Shown piece after piece: positions 36,931-55,922 of a stretch of 64,000 nucleotides of DNA. Both the position numbers and the translations under genes were made by a program. This DNA comes from the human T2T-CHM13v2.0 reference genome, Homo sapiens, in the NCBI RefSeq assembly GCF_009914755.1, contig NC_060928.1. One strand, written 5' to 3'. Under the pieces are notes generated by a model that saw only the letters and a program-made list of their open reading frames with translations, searched no databases and was not told where the DNA came from. Numbering within the stretch: position 1 is the stretch's first letter; each line of letters starts with the position of its first letter.

Positions 36931-38374
36931 CTCAAACAAATAAAACCCATAGGCAAAAGAAAACTAGAATTTCTGTGTAACACAATCTGTGAAGGAATCA
37001 TTTTCCTTAATAAATATAGAATCATCCAGGCTTTAGAAGCTAGCAGCAAATGAGAATTCTCCAGGTGGGGAAGGGAATCTGATAAAAACAGATTTTATGA
37101 GATTGTCAGTACATTTGGCCTTTTCCTTAGAACTCAGCCACTTAGAATACAGCTGCCTTCAGGAGGCTGGATGACAACGTGCATTGTTCCCCTCCAATCC
37201 AAGCTAGGACAAAAATATTTATTTTGCATATGCATCTCAAAATTGAGCCTGGTTGGAATTTTCAGAGATTTTTCTGAACACTAAGGGAAAAACAGAAGAG
37301 AAATGGCCAGACACCAAGAAATACAGAAGTAGTTTGTCTCGAAGATGCAAGTCCAAGACTCAGACTCTGCCTTAATCTACCATTGTCCCGAAGTAGAGAC
37401 ACCTGCCTACTCTCCCAAAAGTTTCATGGAGCTTAGTAGGTGCAAGGCCAAAGTTTCCTCTTTGAGACACAAAGTTAGCTCTCGCTCTTAGTGAGCCTCC
37501 CCTTGAGGAATGCCACTTTTTGATTCATTTTTCGGGAACCAGCTGCCTAAATACCTTGTTTTCCTGCTGCATCCTAATCTTCTGTTCAGTTCAGCATTTA
37601 GGTCTGAGGAACATAAATCTTCAACAATAATTAGGCAGATTTACACTGCATGAATAACTTCAATTTCACCTTTCAGGTGATTCTGTATTTCCTATACTTG
37701 GAAAGAAACTATACTTTTTCATGCACCAAGAGTAACAATATTCTAATTAAAAATGTGTCCTGCAAGACACTCTATGAAAAGGGTCTTGTGTCAAAAAATT
37801 TTGGAAGCACTGCTCTGTGTTTATCCCTCAAGGAGTCTTGGACATGATTATAATAGCATCTTAAGGGTCTAACATGGCCTGCAATTTAAAAATCTCTTAA
37901 ATTTAAATGTTCTAAATCTCAAGTTAACTGAAAGTTTTCCAAGCTAATTTGACCAGAGAACAGATTATGCACATAAATTGTGTTGTGTGTTAATACAGCA
38001 CCTATTAACCTCCTATGGAAGGTAGTTTGTACAACACTGCTCTTTACCAAAGAAGTGTACAGTCAGATTTTACACATAACATGCGATAAGCAGATCACTG
38101 CCTCTCAGAAGTTAGTTTCTGAGAATCAGATGGGTCCTGCTCTGTATGTTCAAATACATACTATTTCAGTTTTGAGAACCATTTTTCTTAGTAATCTGGA
38201 CATGTATGTTTTTTTTTCAAATGAGAAGAACCAGATTTTAAAAAATGATTGAAATCATGCCCCATGATATATATTTGGAGTAACAGGGGATGGGATGTCT
38301 AGTATGTAGAAGAGAGATGTACAGTGGGGAAAATGTCATTGATTGCCTCAGTATTTGCAATTGACATAAATCTA

Positions 38375-38791
<417 letters not shown>

Positions 38792-39571
38792 TTACAGCCC
38801 AGTATAACAATGCTTTGTAACACAGCTATTAGAAATTTAATATGCTGACTCCCAAGTATGTATGGGTCTTATTACTGGGGAAGGTTCTTTGATTCACCTG
38901 TATCCCAGGTGCTCATACAACTCCTGAAAATACAAAGGTGATTTCTACATATGCACTCTTAAGCCAGAAGCACACACATCACATACAGGCATAAAAGTAT
39001 TCTCTATGGCTTTGACAAAGACCTTTTCAAAGCTTTGTAAATATACAGAAGAGGGAGTGGTTAGTTCTAACTAAAGTCCAAACCTGCTTCACAGATGGTG
39101 TTTCAGCGCACTTTGAAATATTTCAGCCAAAATATTGCAGAAAAGAATCTAGCTTTAGCTTTATAGTTGGATGATATGATTTTAAGATCTCTTCAATATC
39201 TACTTATCATCAAATTCTGTTTATTATTCTAATATTCTTTTTAGTATTTTAAAACTATACCAAGTCTAATACTTTGATTTTTACCATTCATTGGCATTAT
39301 TATATTCTTTCTTCTCCTATTGAATTTTATCAGATAAGAATGAGCAAACAAAAACTATCTTTCTAATTTGAATGAAATGTAACATTTAAATCCAAAGAAA
39401 GTCCACAATTAATTATTTTATTTTCAGGACTTCAGATTTTTCTTAAAAGCATTTTCTTCTACTGTACTTTCCAAATGCAATCTTAATGAATACCATTTTT
39501 AAAAATGTCTATGTAAAGGAGAGGATAGATGATGAGAGATTTTTGGAGATGAAAGAATAAAAATATTCTTT

Positions 39572-42956
<3,385 letters not shown>

Positions 42957-45134
42957 TAAAATGTTAACTGAAATGAAATATAAATTGATACACAGCTGTA
43001 GAAATCTCCATCAGAGCTCTCTGGCCCAAAAGCCTCAAATCCCACAATCACGTAATGAAATACAGAGGAAATGTGAAGTTCAGTTGAAATACAAAGTTCA
43101 ATGGAAATCAAGAGATCTCAGAACCCATCAATTTTTGGGTGCCTGGAGAAAAATTAAGGGAAATATGTCACCTTAAAAAATCTGCAGAGATACCCCATTC
43201 ACAATGATACAGTTATATCTGGCCTATGATTGCTAGATACTGAAGCTGAGAATGTAGTTACAACTTGCTAAAAATAGTATAAGCAATGGCAAGGAGAAAA
43301 TGGGTATAAAATTGCAATATCTGTAATTAGAATAAGCATTACATTTTTTTCTAGGCAGACAAAGCATGATGTATCTCATGTGAATCTTTTACACTGATCT
43401 TTATTTTTATGAATGGTCCTTCAAATTCAGAAGGAATAACACTACAACACTATTTGGGAGAAATGACCATGATTCTCTTGTATCAAATAACTAAGGAAAA
43501 CTATTAATTCATGTTCAATTTTATAGCAGCAAAGTTTGATTCAAGTCCAAATATAAACTAAGCTGTTCCTGTTTATAAATACATGTGTTTATTTACCTAT
43601 TCAGATATAGTATATTTCATCTTAATTGTAAAGAAGAACAAAAGGAAATACCCACAAGATCAAATATCTGTTTTTTTCAGTCAGTCCGATTAATTTATAT
43701 AAAATAATTTATAATTGCTTTCACCAACTCTCACATTCAGATACATCTTTTGGCCTACAACAAAAATAATCATGTAAAAATTAGTGAATTACCATGACAA
43801 TGGGAAATTTTGCATTCTATTCCTTTTTGGGAAAGCAGAGTAAAGAGATACTCTTGTAAAGATGTGCAAGTTTCTCAGACAATTTAGTAAACAGAAGGAG
43901 AGATGGATTTTTAAGAATGCAAAAAATTGTTTAAAAAATTAAAAATATTCTATCAAGAGGTATTCATTTAGTGTTCTTAAGTTTTTATCTATAAAATCCA
44001 AGGATGGTGAATGTGTTCATGTGTGTGTTTGAGTGTGTATGTGTATTTGTGAATTACACATATGGAGAAAAAGACTAGAATTATATACTGTACTTTTGTA
44101 GGGATGCAAAATGTGTTTGTTATATTTTTTAACTTCTTCAGAATTTTCAAGATGTTGTATAATAAGCACATATTTCCATCATGGTTAAAAAGAAATTTTG
44201 TGCAACTATGTCTATTCATTTTTCATTTCATATGTATATTAATATATATCTCCCTCAAAAAAAAGTGTGATACATACACATTTCAAAAATGTGCCAAACA
44301 ACTAAGTGTCAAAAATCAATTAATCGGCCAAGGTAGAATAATAATTTTGACATTTTAGTTTACACATCTATTATTTTAATAATTAGTTGTTTGGTTTCAC
44401 AGTGCAGGAACAAATAATATCTCTGTACTGGGAAGTGCAAGATTGTCTTCTAGTCACTGGCACTTGACACACTAAATTGATGTGAGTTATCTTTTGGCTC
44501 AATCTGCTTAGGCTACTCATCATGATGTTGTTGCTGTCTGTCACGAGTGATGTTAGTACTTGTCTGTTAAATCACCTTTTCTCAGACTTAAAAGCAACCA
44601 AATAGAACTTTTTATTCACAGACTTCCAAACAAAATGAGAATTAAGCAATTAAATATTAAATACAGTGGGTTAAATAATTAAATATTAAACACAGTTCTT
44701 AGAGGTTATTTTATCTAATGTTTCATATAAATATATACACTAGTCCCCAAATAATTCAATTCTACAAAGATTAGAAATATAATATAACCTAGTCATTATT
44801 TTTCTGATATATTCGTGTTGGAATTATTTATAGTAGTTCACTGACTCCAAAAGAATATAATTTTCTTCCTAAAATTATCTATGTAATATATTTTTTCTTA
44901 ACATTCATAAAGGTCAATTTATTTCTAAAGTAATTTTACTATATAAAAGTTCTCAAAAGGGTTTCCATAAATATAATCAACAACTTTCATAACCATCATG
45001 AATTATTGTTCCATTTTACTACTGCAATAATAAATAATACATTTATACTTCAAATTAATAATTATTTTATTAGTAAATATTAGTTATTTTAGTAAATATT
45101 AGTACATTATTTTATTAGTAAAAATTAGTAAATT

Positions 45135-45436
<302 letters not shown>

Positions 45437-48200
45437 TTATTTTACTAAATAAGATACTTATTAGTATTAGTAAAATAATAACTTTAATTTTACTAATAGG
45501 TTTCCACCCCATTACCTATATTTTAAAGTGGATAATGAGACATTAACAATAAATCTGAAGTGCATATTCTTGCTCCTTTTTTGTATCACTGTTATTTGCT
45601 TAGATATGATGACAGTATATGTGATCACATTTATCTGATCACATTCATCACACGCCTGTTGGAGATGACAGAAATATTGCAGCAGGCATTTGGCTATTTG
45701 GACTTTCAAAGAATAAAACCAAAGATGAACCCAAATATTAGATTTTGACCAAATGCCAAGGTCTATAACCAAACTTTGAAACATTCTTAAATTAGGTCTA
45801 TCCTTGGCAATTGTCTCCCAGATCACCATAAGAGTTGGGCAGTACTGCTCCAACACAAAATTAACAAAAAATCACTTGGATAAGTAGCACTCCTTGACTC
45901 AATGCTAAGGGCTTGAAAATATGACTTGATTGACTTGAACAATGTGTGCCTATCTATATGTGTTCCCTGAGGCCAATGTATGTTACTTGAATGCTGTATT
46001 TATCTTAGTTTGCTTGCTATGTACTGTTTTTCTTTTACAGTCATTTTAATTTTTTTAGGTGTTAAAGTGAACTATAAAGTTGTAGAGTTAGCTTTATTAA
46101 TGTACCTTCTATAATGAGAAATCGAAGCTTTATTTTTTAACCCAAGCAACAGTAATATATTGTTTATTTTTAATATATTGTTTATATTTCTCTGCTGACA
46201 GAAAAAATAATTCTTAATTCTGAAGCACTATTTTTAAAAGCTTTCACTATCAGTTCTCACGGAACCATTACTTGGACAATTTTTGAAATTACTAACAGTT
46301 ATTTTTTAAACCCAGCTCTAAGTGATTACTCTGTCTCTTGCTTTTTGGCGTATATAGACCAAGGAATATTTTTTCTTTTTTAAAGGCAGCATTCACCCTG
46401 ATCGTTGACCTGGATTGTTTTAAATGCTAGGTTGGCACGGCTCAGTAAGTATTGTAGTATCTTTGGCAGTCATTAAGCCATAGACCCAACAACCTGTTTT
46501 CAGAAGCCTCACTAGAGAGTGAATGGAAAAACCTCATGCTATTGTATGTGGCTTTAGGCACATCCATTTTAAACCCGGCATTTGTGCTCCATATCTTGCC
46601 CTTTGACCTATTTGGATTCATGTGGGAATGTGACCTCTGCTTGAATAGGATGATGACATTTTCAAAGAAGCTGTAAGTATCTTTAATGAATATTTAGTCC
46701 CAAGATCAAAATAGTTGTAAATATCCTCTAGCCTGAGTTTAAATCTCAGGTTTATGTTTATGTGGTCGAGGCAGGGTATTTGTCTCTAATTGTACATAGA
46801 ACTTTCAATTTTGATGCATTGCTTAGCTTAGTTGCTGTAATAAATTCCAAGGACTTAGATGTCTTTAATTCACTTGCCAGTAAGAAATGCAATTGCTGTC
46901 TTTCAGGTCTTTGCCTACCCTAGCATATTCATAAAGCACATCCATTGAGAAGACACAGAAATAATAAGACAATGGGAAAATTTTCCAGAAGTTAATGAAA
47001 AAAGATTACATAAACTGACAACTGGAAGGCAACATTTAACACTGTACTAGAAAAACATTCATTGTCACCAGAATCTGTTCTAGAACTGACTCCCTCATAT
47101 CCTGCAAAAACAAACAAAAAAAGCTAATATTCTAGGTATTGCTTTTAGCTTTCAGTGTATAATAATTAATTCAATGTCAATATCTAAATGTTTAAGTATT
47201 TTACTTAGCTATATTTAGAAAACTCATAAATTTTTTCCCCAACAAAAACCAAACAAACCACATTAGCTAGTTTATTGTATTTTCCCTTTGGCTTATTTTT
47301 TCTTTAACTTAATAATTATTTATTTTCTGAGAATTTTTAGAATAGATTGAATAATTTAAATTTTTTGCTTTTTTCCTGGTTCCAATTTATTGATATAAAA
47401 CCATTTTTTGTTCATAGTATTATTGATTTTTTAAATATCTTTCTGTACTAACAGAATTTTAGAAATATCTACACTTCCATTTTTAGACAAAAAGAATCAA
47501 TTTGGAGAAATATTGATAACTAAGTAAAACCACAAAGATCCAAAAAACAAATATTATTTTAAAAACCTGTAGTTTTGAAACAAAGTATTGTTGATTATTT
47601 TTTAAGAATTATCATTATACATTTAAGAAAACACTTGGTGGACAACTTTTTCCTCAAAAAGCAGTTTTGACACAAGGATACTTATATTTTCAAAAACAAA
47701 ATGATATACAATTAAGAAATTAAATTTTTTTTAGAAATATATATTTCTGGAACATATTTATATATTTATATTTGCACTTTCAATGTATTTTGTTTAAATA
47801 AGTTGATTTCTTTATTTCTCTCTCTTTCTTTCTTTCTTTCTTTTTCTCTTTCTTTCATTTCCACCAGAAATCTTACCAAAAATCAGATTCTGGTACGATT
47901 GTGATCAAGTAGTATAATAAAGCTAATCGTGGCTTGCAGAAATCGAAACTCTGCACCTGGACCCATTAGTGCTACCTTCCAACTAAATGAGCCAACACAA
48001 TCAGCCCAGCTAACATGTAAATTTGGAAATACTGTGGGAAAATTGTGTTCCTGAGGCAAACTGGTGTAGTGCAAAGGCCACAGTCTCTGGGGTCAATTAC
48101 AAGCATAATTGTGTAGATTTCTGCCTCCCTCAAATTCTAAGTGTTTAACCAGGATAATTTATTCTTATATTTAAAATAGACATTTAAAGTAAACATGACA

Positions 48201-48511
48201 GGCAGGCCGGGTGGCTCTCACCTATAATGCCAGCACTTTGGAAGGCGAAAGCGGGCAGATTGCTTGAGGTCAGGAGTTTGAGACCAGCCTGGCCAACATG
48301 GTGAAACCCCATCTCTACTAAAAATACAAAAATAAAAATAAAAAAATAAGTTGGGCATGGCGGTGCATGCCTGTAGTCCCAGCTACTCAGGGGACTGAAG
48401 CATGAGAATTGCTTGAAAGAGGCTGCAGTGAGCTGAGATCACGCCACTGCACTGCAGCCTGGGCAACAGAGTGAGACTCTGTATCAAAAAAAACCAAATT
48501 AATTAAAAAAA
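48201..48511 (+). mobile_element. AluS (Sz-like) inserted in a MIR remnant
   Basis: Dimer with a small right-arm deletion. TSD taaa(c/g)atgaca at 48190-48200 and 48512-48522. Confidence 0.9.
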
Positions 48512-48908
48512 TAAAGATGACAATTCAGAATTTGAAAAAACACATCATATATCAAAAACCTAGAACAAAATAGTATGTAGTAGATTGTTTACAAAAATTA
48601 GTTCCCATGCTGTTACATGTCTAAAAACTGGCAAAGGGTGGCTACAGTGTTAATATGAGTCATTAATTAAAGTTTGTAGCACTATATGATACCAATAATG
48701 ACAACAATAACATTACCTCTACTAGGAAGACACTAAGAGAAGGAGGAAAAAGGGAAAGAAGAAGAAGAAAAAAAAACAAGTAGAAATAGCCGGGTTAACT
48801 GTTAGTCACTTTCAAAAAATAATTTTGGATTTTTCTAAATGGTTTTCATCTAATACTTTGCCTTCTGTATTACTGGTACACAATTAGATCAATATGGAAT
48901 TTTGGGGT

Positions 48909-49282
48909 TGTATTATTCTTCTCGGGCTGCCATAACAAAATATCATAGATGAGTGGCTTAAATATGACATTAATTTTCTCATAGTTATGAGGACTGGGAG
49001 TCCAAGATCAAGGTGCCTGCAGGGACGCTTTCTGGTGAGGATTTTCTCCTTGGCTCATAAGCAGTCACCTTCTCTCTGTGTCTTCACAGGACCTTTCCTT
49101 TGTGCACATGAAGAGAGAGAACGCTGGTGTCTCCTCTACTTATAAGGACGTCAGTCCTATTGCATGCCACCCTTATGACCTCATTTAACCTTAATTACCT
49201 CCTTCAAGACCATATCTCCAAATGCATTAACATTGGGGGTTATGAATATGAACTTTAGGGGCACACAATTCAGTTTATAACA
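48909..49282 (-). mobile_element. MLT1A-like MaLR solo LTR
   Basis: gggctgccataacaaaata...gtccaagatcaaggtgcc...cttatgacctcatttaaccttaattacctcc...cacacaattcagtttataaca. 5-bp near-TSD ggggt/gggat. Confidence 0.9.
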
Positions 49283-52200
49283 GGGATAGACAGCAGAAAG
49301 GGGGGTCATAGGTGACAATTTAGTTACTGCAAAATTAAGGAAACTAGTTAGACATGAATATAGTTTCTCTAATGCACAATTATTTACCAACCTCCTGTTC
49401 TCACAAAGGACTATTATTTAAAGGCTTGTCACATATTGTTTTGTTTCATTGTATCATTTGCAAATAATAGGCCCTTTAAATTTTCATTTTTAATTTAACT
49501 TGAGAAAATTAATTAACTTAAGAGAAATTAGAATGTCAGTAAGGAATTTCTCATTGGCTTCCCATAGCTGACACCAACATTTGCAAAATGACCTTTTTCT
49601 CCCGCATTTTAAAATGATAATTTCCATTGGTGTTTATTACCTTTATCTCCAAAAGCTGTGGTGCTATTACACACTGCCAGTCAAAAGCTCTCATTGCCGT
49701 ATGGAAAATGTTTGATTTTAATGAAAAACCTGGATAATCGTTATTGGATGACTTAGCTTGACTAGTGACAGTAGCAGCTTCATATCACTTGAGATAGTGT
49801 TTTTCTGGACCAACTTTGATTTTAAGTTGTCTGTGAGGGCTCTTTAACCTGGGTGGCAAATATTGTGCATGAATCATAGGTGTGCAGCTCAGCCCCCATG
49901 GACTCCACTGCTATACTCTATGCTGTTGACTGCTAAGTCTCAGTTTCTACTACTTGGGAGATTTTCTTCCTTGGAAGAGAAAATTGAGTCTTGACTGTTC
50001 TACACCCATTTTCTATCCCCTCATGCATTTAATAAAATTTGTATCCAGCGTTTGATGAAGATGTAGTTATTATAGTAGTTCAATTATTTCTCCTCCTACA
50101 TATTAGTGTTTACTGCATATTTTACTCAACTTTAACAGCAAACTGAACTTTATCACCATCTTAATTAGCCCGAAATTATGAAATGATTTTCTTCTTCAAA
50201 TATTGATTTGTGTCTGTAATGTAGACTGAGTGATCAGAATGATCAATGTTCAACTCAAGCAGCTGATATTTTTAATATTCTGTTTTCCCATAGAATTATT
50301 ACACACAACCCTGATGATTATGAGCTGAGGGAAAAGGTTTTTAAAATTTTTTTAAATTAATCCATTATTGTGATGCCTTAAATTAAATTATTTTGAAAAT
50401 AAAATTAAGTTTTGCCTTATTAGAAACTGAGATTTAAAACATTTATGTTAAAAGCAATATTGAGTCTTTGAGATTCTCTAATCTGAAATTTATTTGATTA
50501 ATTGCTAATCAGTTTTAGATGGATCTAAAACTCTGCAGCTGATTATGTCTGGAGATTGTAATGAGGAATTGTAATATGGTTGCCTAGAAACTGTATTATT
50601 GACAAACTGAAATATTAAGGTCTCCATAATTTTAAGATTCAGTGAACAATGAAAGTGCCTGTGGGGGCTGCAGACCCCAGGAAGATAATTATCAGGGGGT
50701 TGAATCTGAGACTGTCAGCCAAACTCAGATCCAATTGAGATATAATAAACCTGTCTTGTAAATATTTACTGACATGATTTTTATAGGAAAGTTACCATTA
50801 TATTCTAAAGCTTTAATACACTAACATATAAATTAAACTTTTATTTGGGATATGCCATTTTCGTCTAACTTAGCTGTTTTCTTTATGTTAGTATTGAAAT
50901 CAATTCATAGCCTCAGCCATGCAGCCTGATGCTTCCTTCTTGTTACTGAGCCCTATACTGACAAATATACCAAGCAACTAACAGCCCCACCATTCTCCTA
51001 GGAGGAACAAGTCATTAATGATGGTGGCAGTAAAGATTCTATGTCCTGCTACCTTATTTTGTTAGAAGCTAAAGTATTTCTTCTTATGTTGCAATAATAT
51101 AAAAGACTATTTGGTGCCTTTAATTTATTACATTTCAATACAAAATTTTTCTACTAAAAAAAATACTTTAAAAAAAAGTTGGAGAAAGCTAATGAGCTTC
51201 AAGTCCTGGAGTTCTCAGTCACTGATAAAGATAATACCATTATTGAATTGAAACAGCTGTGTGATTTAGATCAGGGGTCAGCTTTTAGCTCTTCACTCAG
51301 CTCTCATATGAGGGTGAAAAGAAGAGAATGGAATTAGGCGTGATGTGAGTTCCCACCAACACAAATTTTGCTTGATTCTGTCCTTTTAACGACAATTGAA
51401 CCAGTAGATGGCACTATGTATTTCAGTGAAAACAGTAGACTTTCAGTGCCATAGAAATAAGCAATTAATTGCTGAATGTGAAAATGAGTGAAATGCTTCA
51501 CATCTGATTGTGAGTTTCCCCCAGTTGATTTGTATTCAAATACCTTAAAGGAACATACAGTCAACACAGATTTCCTTATTTAAGAATGAAGAAGCATACT
51601 TGCTTCTGGGACTTTGTGTATGTTTTTAAAATAATGATGTACAGAAAGACAATACATTTAAAAATGTTAATTTGAGTGTTCTGTTCTTAGCATTGCAAAT
51701 CTAAAGTACATGTATATACATGTATTTGTGTACAATATAGTTTTAAATATAATTAAGTCACTTTTATATAAATAGAAAATTGTTTTCCAAATGCATCAGC
51801 CAAGACAACCATTTTTGGAAACAAGACAAAGATCTTTGCAGACCAGAAATGGAACTGAAACAGTGCTAAATGAGACAGAACATTCAGCTTGCCAGGATGT
51901 GGGGCCAGAAGTGAGCCTTTGCCACCAAAAAATGTTGATCCTATGGGATGATGGAAACTAAATCCATCTCCGGTGGGATAGGGGACAGAGCCCTCTTCAC
52001 TGTTTAACACCAAAGTCTTTCATTTAGGGGGAAGAAAACTCTGGAAAGGTCCCTGCTGCACTGGCTGGAGGAGGAGGAAGTAGGCGGAAGCTTCTCAGTT
52101 ACCACCTGAGTGAAACTGCCTACTAGTTCAATGACTAGTCTGAGATATTGTTAACATCAGTCACTGAGGCACGGGAACTCAAAATCACCAGTTCTGCACT

Positions 52201-52439
52201 GGTTCCTAGGCAGAAGTAACTGTAAAACTTCTGCTGGAGACTGGAGGGATGAAATTGAAATGGAAACTTCCAGTCAATATTAGCCTGCAAACCAATATTC
52301 CTGACCATATGAGGAAAATTTAAGAAAGACAGCTAACACTAAACAATTAATAAAACATTCTATTTTAGCTTTAAAAGAGAGGAACAGAATTCAAAATTTT
52401 AATAATTATTTTCCGGATTTGATTAAGTATATAAGTCTT

Positions 52440-53000
52440 AATTTTGGCAATTCATTTTGAGGGCTAAGAAGGAAAAATAAAAATAAGTCTACCAGACACA
52501 TCCTACTGAAACTTCAGAATATCAAAAATAAAGAAAAAAAAAAGACACCCTTAAATCTATCAGAGGAGAAAGATTTCCACAAAACAACCGTAATTAAACT
52601 AACGGTAGTCTTCTCAGGTATAACCAAGTGTGCCCCCAAACAATGATAATTTACCTTTAAAGTGCTGAGGGATGCCAGTTGTCCACCCAGGATTCTATTA
52701 CACTGTATAGAGTATGCATAATTATGCTGTAAATAAGTAATTATATTTTAAGCAGGAGGGAAAGGAAAATATATTTTCAGATACACGGAAACTAAAAGAG
52801 TTTACTAACCATGCTTTTCCAGAAAGAATGACCAAAAGATGTATTATAGCAAGAAGATGAAACCTAGAGAAAAATAATAGGAAGCATGAAAAAATAGTGA
52901 ATATAAAAACTGGTAAAATATGTTGGCAAATTTAATTAACTACTGATGACAAAATAAAAGATTTAGAGCTACAAAAGGTGAAACTGAAATACATGTCAAT
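52440..53000 (+). mobile_element. HAL1-like / ancient L1 ORF1 remnant
   Basis: Translates to PDTSY/RHILLKLQNIKNKE..., FKVLRDASCPPRIL, IFSDTRKLKEFTNH (L1 ORF1 RRM/CTD-like). No ORF2 follows. Confidence 0.6.
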
Positions 53001-54805
53001 AAAAACAGATTCGTTTGGGCAGAATGGGGATTGGGGTGGTAAAGCCAAGATCCTTGCCTGCTCTGGGAGGAAGATAGGTGTAAGGAATATGTATTACAAA
53101 GTATATATCCATTTAAGGAGTGAAGAATAAAGAGGGAAAGTAGAGAAACTTTAGAAATGCATAGGAAGAAAAGTTGAAAAATGAATGGAAAGAACCCACT
53201 CAGAACAGTGACTGCCTCTAAGGACGGAGGGAAAATCACAACGCAGGGAGTGAGAGGGAGGCTTCAAGTTATGTCTTTAACTTTTACACATTAAAAGACA
53301 AAATGATACAAATTCAATATGCCAGAATGTTAATATTTGTTTGTTGAATGTGGGTAGAAGTTATATAGGCGTTCTTTATCCTATTTGCCATACTTTTCAG
53401 GTTGACTGAAGCATTGCGAAATGTAAAATAAATGCCAAGGGGGGAAAAAAAGGAAAAAAATCATCTCAATGTAAATTAATCTATTCTTCCACTTTCTTAG
53501 GCCCTGCTGCTGAAGTTTGAGATATAAAATATGTACCTAGAGCTAATATAATGGAGATCCCTGAAAAAGTTTTCCTAAAAAAATAAAAATTAAAAAAAAC
53601 ACACACACAATGAAATAAAAATGAGAGGTAAAATCTGCTCAATTCCTTGTGTATATTGTCAGTTTGTTTTACCTTTGAAATCCTTAGTTCCATGTTCATT
53701 TTACACTTGTTTCAACTGATTCCAGCTAATTAAGCAGATTATCTTGGGGACTGTGCTACACACACAAGTTTATCTGCCTGTGTAAGTGCAACTTGAGGAC
53801 CTTTCTGCAGTGCTAAATTTGCCTTAGGAAAAAATACTGGAAGAATTGTAATTCTGTATTTGTGTGTATGTGTTTCTATAAACCACAAAATCTAATCGGA
53901 CTATTTGTGGCATTTGCAAAAACACCTACGTCAGCAGTATTACTAGTGAAGACAAGTTAGCCTTCTCTCAAATTTAAGGCTTACATGATACACATGACTA
54001 GTTTAGAACATAGCAAATTTAAACCTGGGCACACTAAAAGACATTAGGGGTGACTCTTAGGTAACAGATTTTATCCCAGTACCATACACCCTCTAGTTCC
54101 GATATGAATGAGATTTTTAGAATTTCAGCTTGAGTAAAACCAATCAATAATTCTGCCATGGAGGGAAAAACTACCTTGTTTATTTTCAGAGGCAGCCACA
54201 AATTATGCTTGGACCCTAGACAAAGTGAAAAAATAACATAAAAGCTTCTAATGCCAATATGGTTTGAAAGGCCTTATGGGAAAAAATTAACTAGGATAAA
54301 TAAATAAATTTTAAAAAATCAGTGGCCTGACTCAAAATGACAGATTGAGCAATGCACATTCATTCACTTTTCTGCCAGCCAATTCTACTGATGTAACAGA
54401 AAGAAAATATAATTATAGGGAATAAACCTGAAAAACAAGGATGTTTTTCAACGCTAGGCTAGAAATTGTGAAAAATTCTAGAAGCTAGAAAGTAGACAGG
54501 ATCAAATGGTAAAAAAACAAAACAAAACAAAACAAAAAAAACAAGGACAGAGAAAGCTACAGCCAGAATGTACGCAGTGACAAGGTATTGGATGGGAAAG
54601 GGCAGCTTATTTCCCAGAGAAATTCCATGTTCAGAATAAACAAAAACATAAAGCAGGAAGGACGTCTAGAACAACAACCAGGATTATTCAGCAAAGGCTG
54701 CTATCAACACAGTCCTCCAATTTAAAGGGTTTACATTGTGTTAAATAGGATTTATAAAATAGGAGTTATAATTAAACATGTCCTAGATAACTTTTAGAAA
54801 CCTAA

Positions 54806-55260
54806 TGTGTTAGTTTCCTAGAACTATCATAACAAATTACCATGAACTGAGCAGCTTGAGATAACAAATTTATTCTCTAACAGTTCAGAAGGAAAGAAGT
54901 CTGAAATCAAGGTGCTGATTCACTACTGCTGCTCCCTCGGAAAGCTTTAGGGTAGGATCCTTCTTTGCCCTTTCCTTCTGGTGGTTAACCAGAAATTCTT
55001 GGCATTCCTTGACCTGCAGACACATCACTCCAATCTCTGCCTCTGTCATAACATGACATTTTCCCTGTGTGTGCCTATATTCAAAATTCCCTTTTCTTAG
55101 GATTCCAGTCATTGGATTAGGTTCTGCCCTAATTCAGTATGACCTTCTCTTAATATGATTATATCTGCAAAAACTTTTTTTTTTCCACAGAGGGTCACAT
55201 TTGCAGGTGCCAGAGATTAGGACTTGAGCCTATTTTAGGAGAAAAGTTCAACTCCTAACA
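54806..55260 (-). mobile_element. MLT1C-like MaLR solo LTR
   Basis: tgtgttagtttcctag...gaagtctgaaatcaaggtg...ggcattccttg...catcactccaatctctgcctc...ctaaca. Perfect 5-bp TSD CCTAA at 54801-54805 and 55261-55265. Confidence 0.92.
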
Positions 55261-55534
55261 CCTAAGAATAAAAAAGCTCCAAAATCTTTCAGAATGACCA
55301 TCACTACCAACAAAAATATAGGTTACCTGTAAAGAAACAAAAATTAAATTTGCAATAGCCTTCTCATCAACAACACAGCATAGGAGAATAAAATGGAGTC
55401 AGGTCTTCAAAGTATTGACAAGATATAGCTTTAAGCTAAAATACTATACCAAAAACAAAAACAAAAATTATTACTCAAGTTGAGGACAAAATGCATACTT
55501 TTTTTTTTGGTATGTATATCATCTAAAAGTTAGC

Positions 55535-55922
55535 CCGTTGGACAAATTGCCATTTCTTTGTGGACCCAATCGCCATTTCCCATCTTTTTTCCCCATATTG
55601 CCCATGTATAATTCCAGCCAATGATAAGTGGAATTTTGCCATAAGGATTATGGGAAAGTTTCTGATCTACTGATACATATGCTACTCTTCTTTTTCTCAT
55701 TTTTCCAACTAGAAAGCTTGCCTAAGATCTATAATGGTATCTCTTCTGCAACTATCAGGAGAAGAAAATTGTAGACATAGTGGCCTGATATGTAGCCCTG
55801 AACCAAGTATAGCAGCCATCTACATCTAGTCTTCTAGTTACAAGAACCAAATACATTCCTATATCTAATTTACTGCTATAAGGGTATCTTAGTTGTAGGT
55901 AAAGATGTCCCTAATTAATACA
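55535..55922 (+). mobile_element. Old MLT1 (J/K-like) LTR
   Basis: attccagccaatgataagtg...gcagccatctacatctagtcttctagtta...ccctaattaataca end. Confidence 0.55.

Noticed and set aside
51707-51724. 18-bp perfect palindrome TACATGTATATACATGTA
   Set aside because: Low-complexity purine-pyrimidine sequence; such palindromes arise readily and it has no supporting context.
53733-53777. Possible hairpin gcagattatcttg...caagtttatctgc (miRNA-like)
   Set aside because: Stem is only 13 bp with two mismatches, too short for a pre-miRNA.
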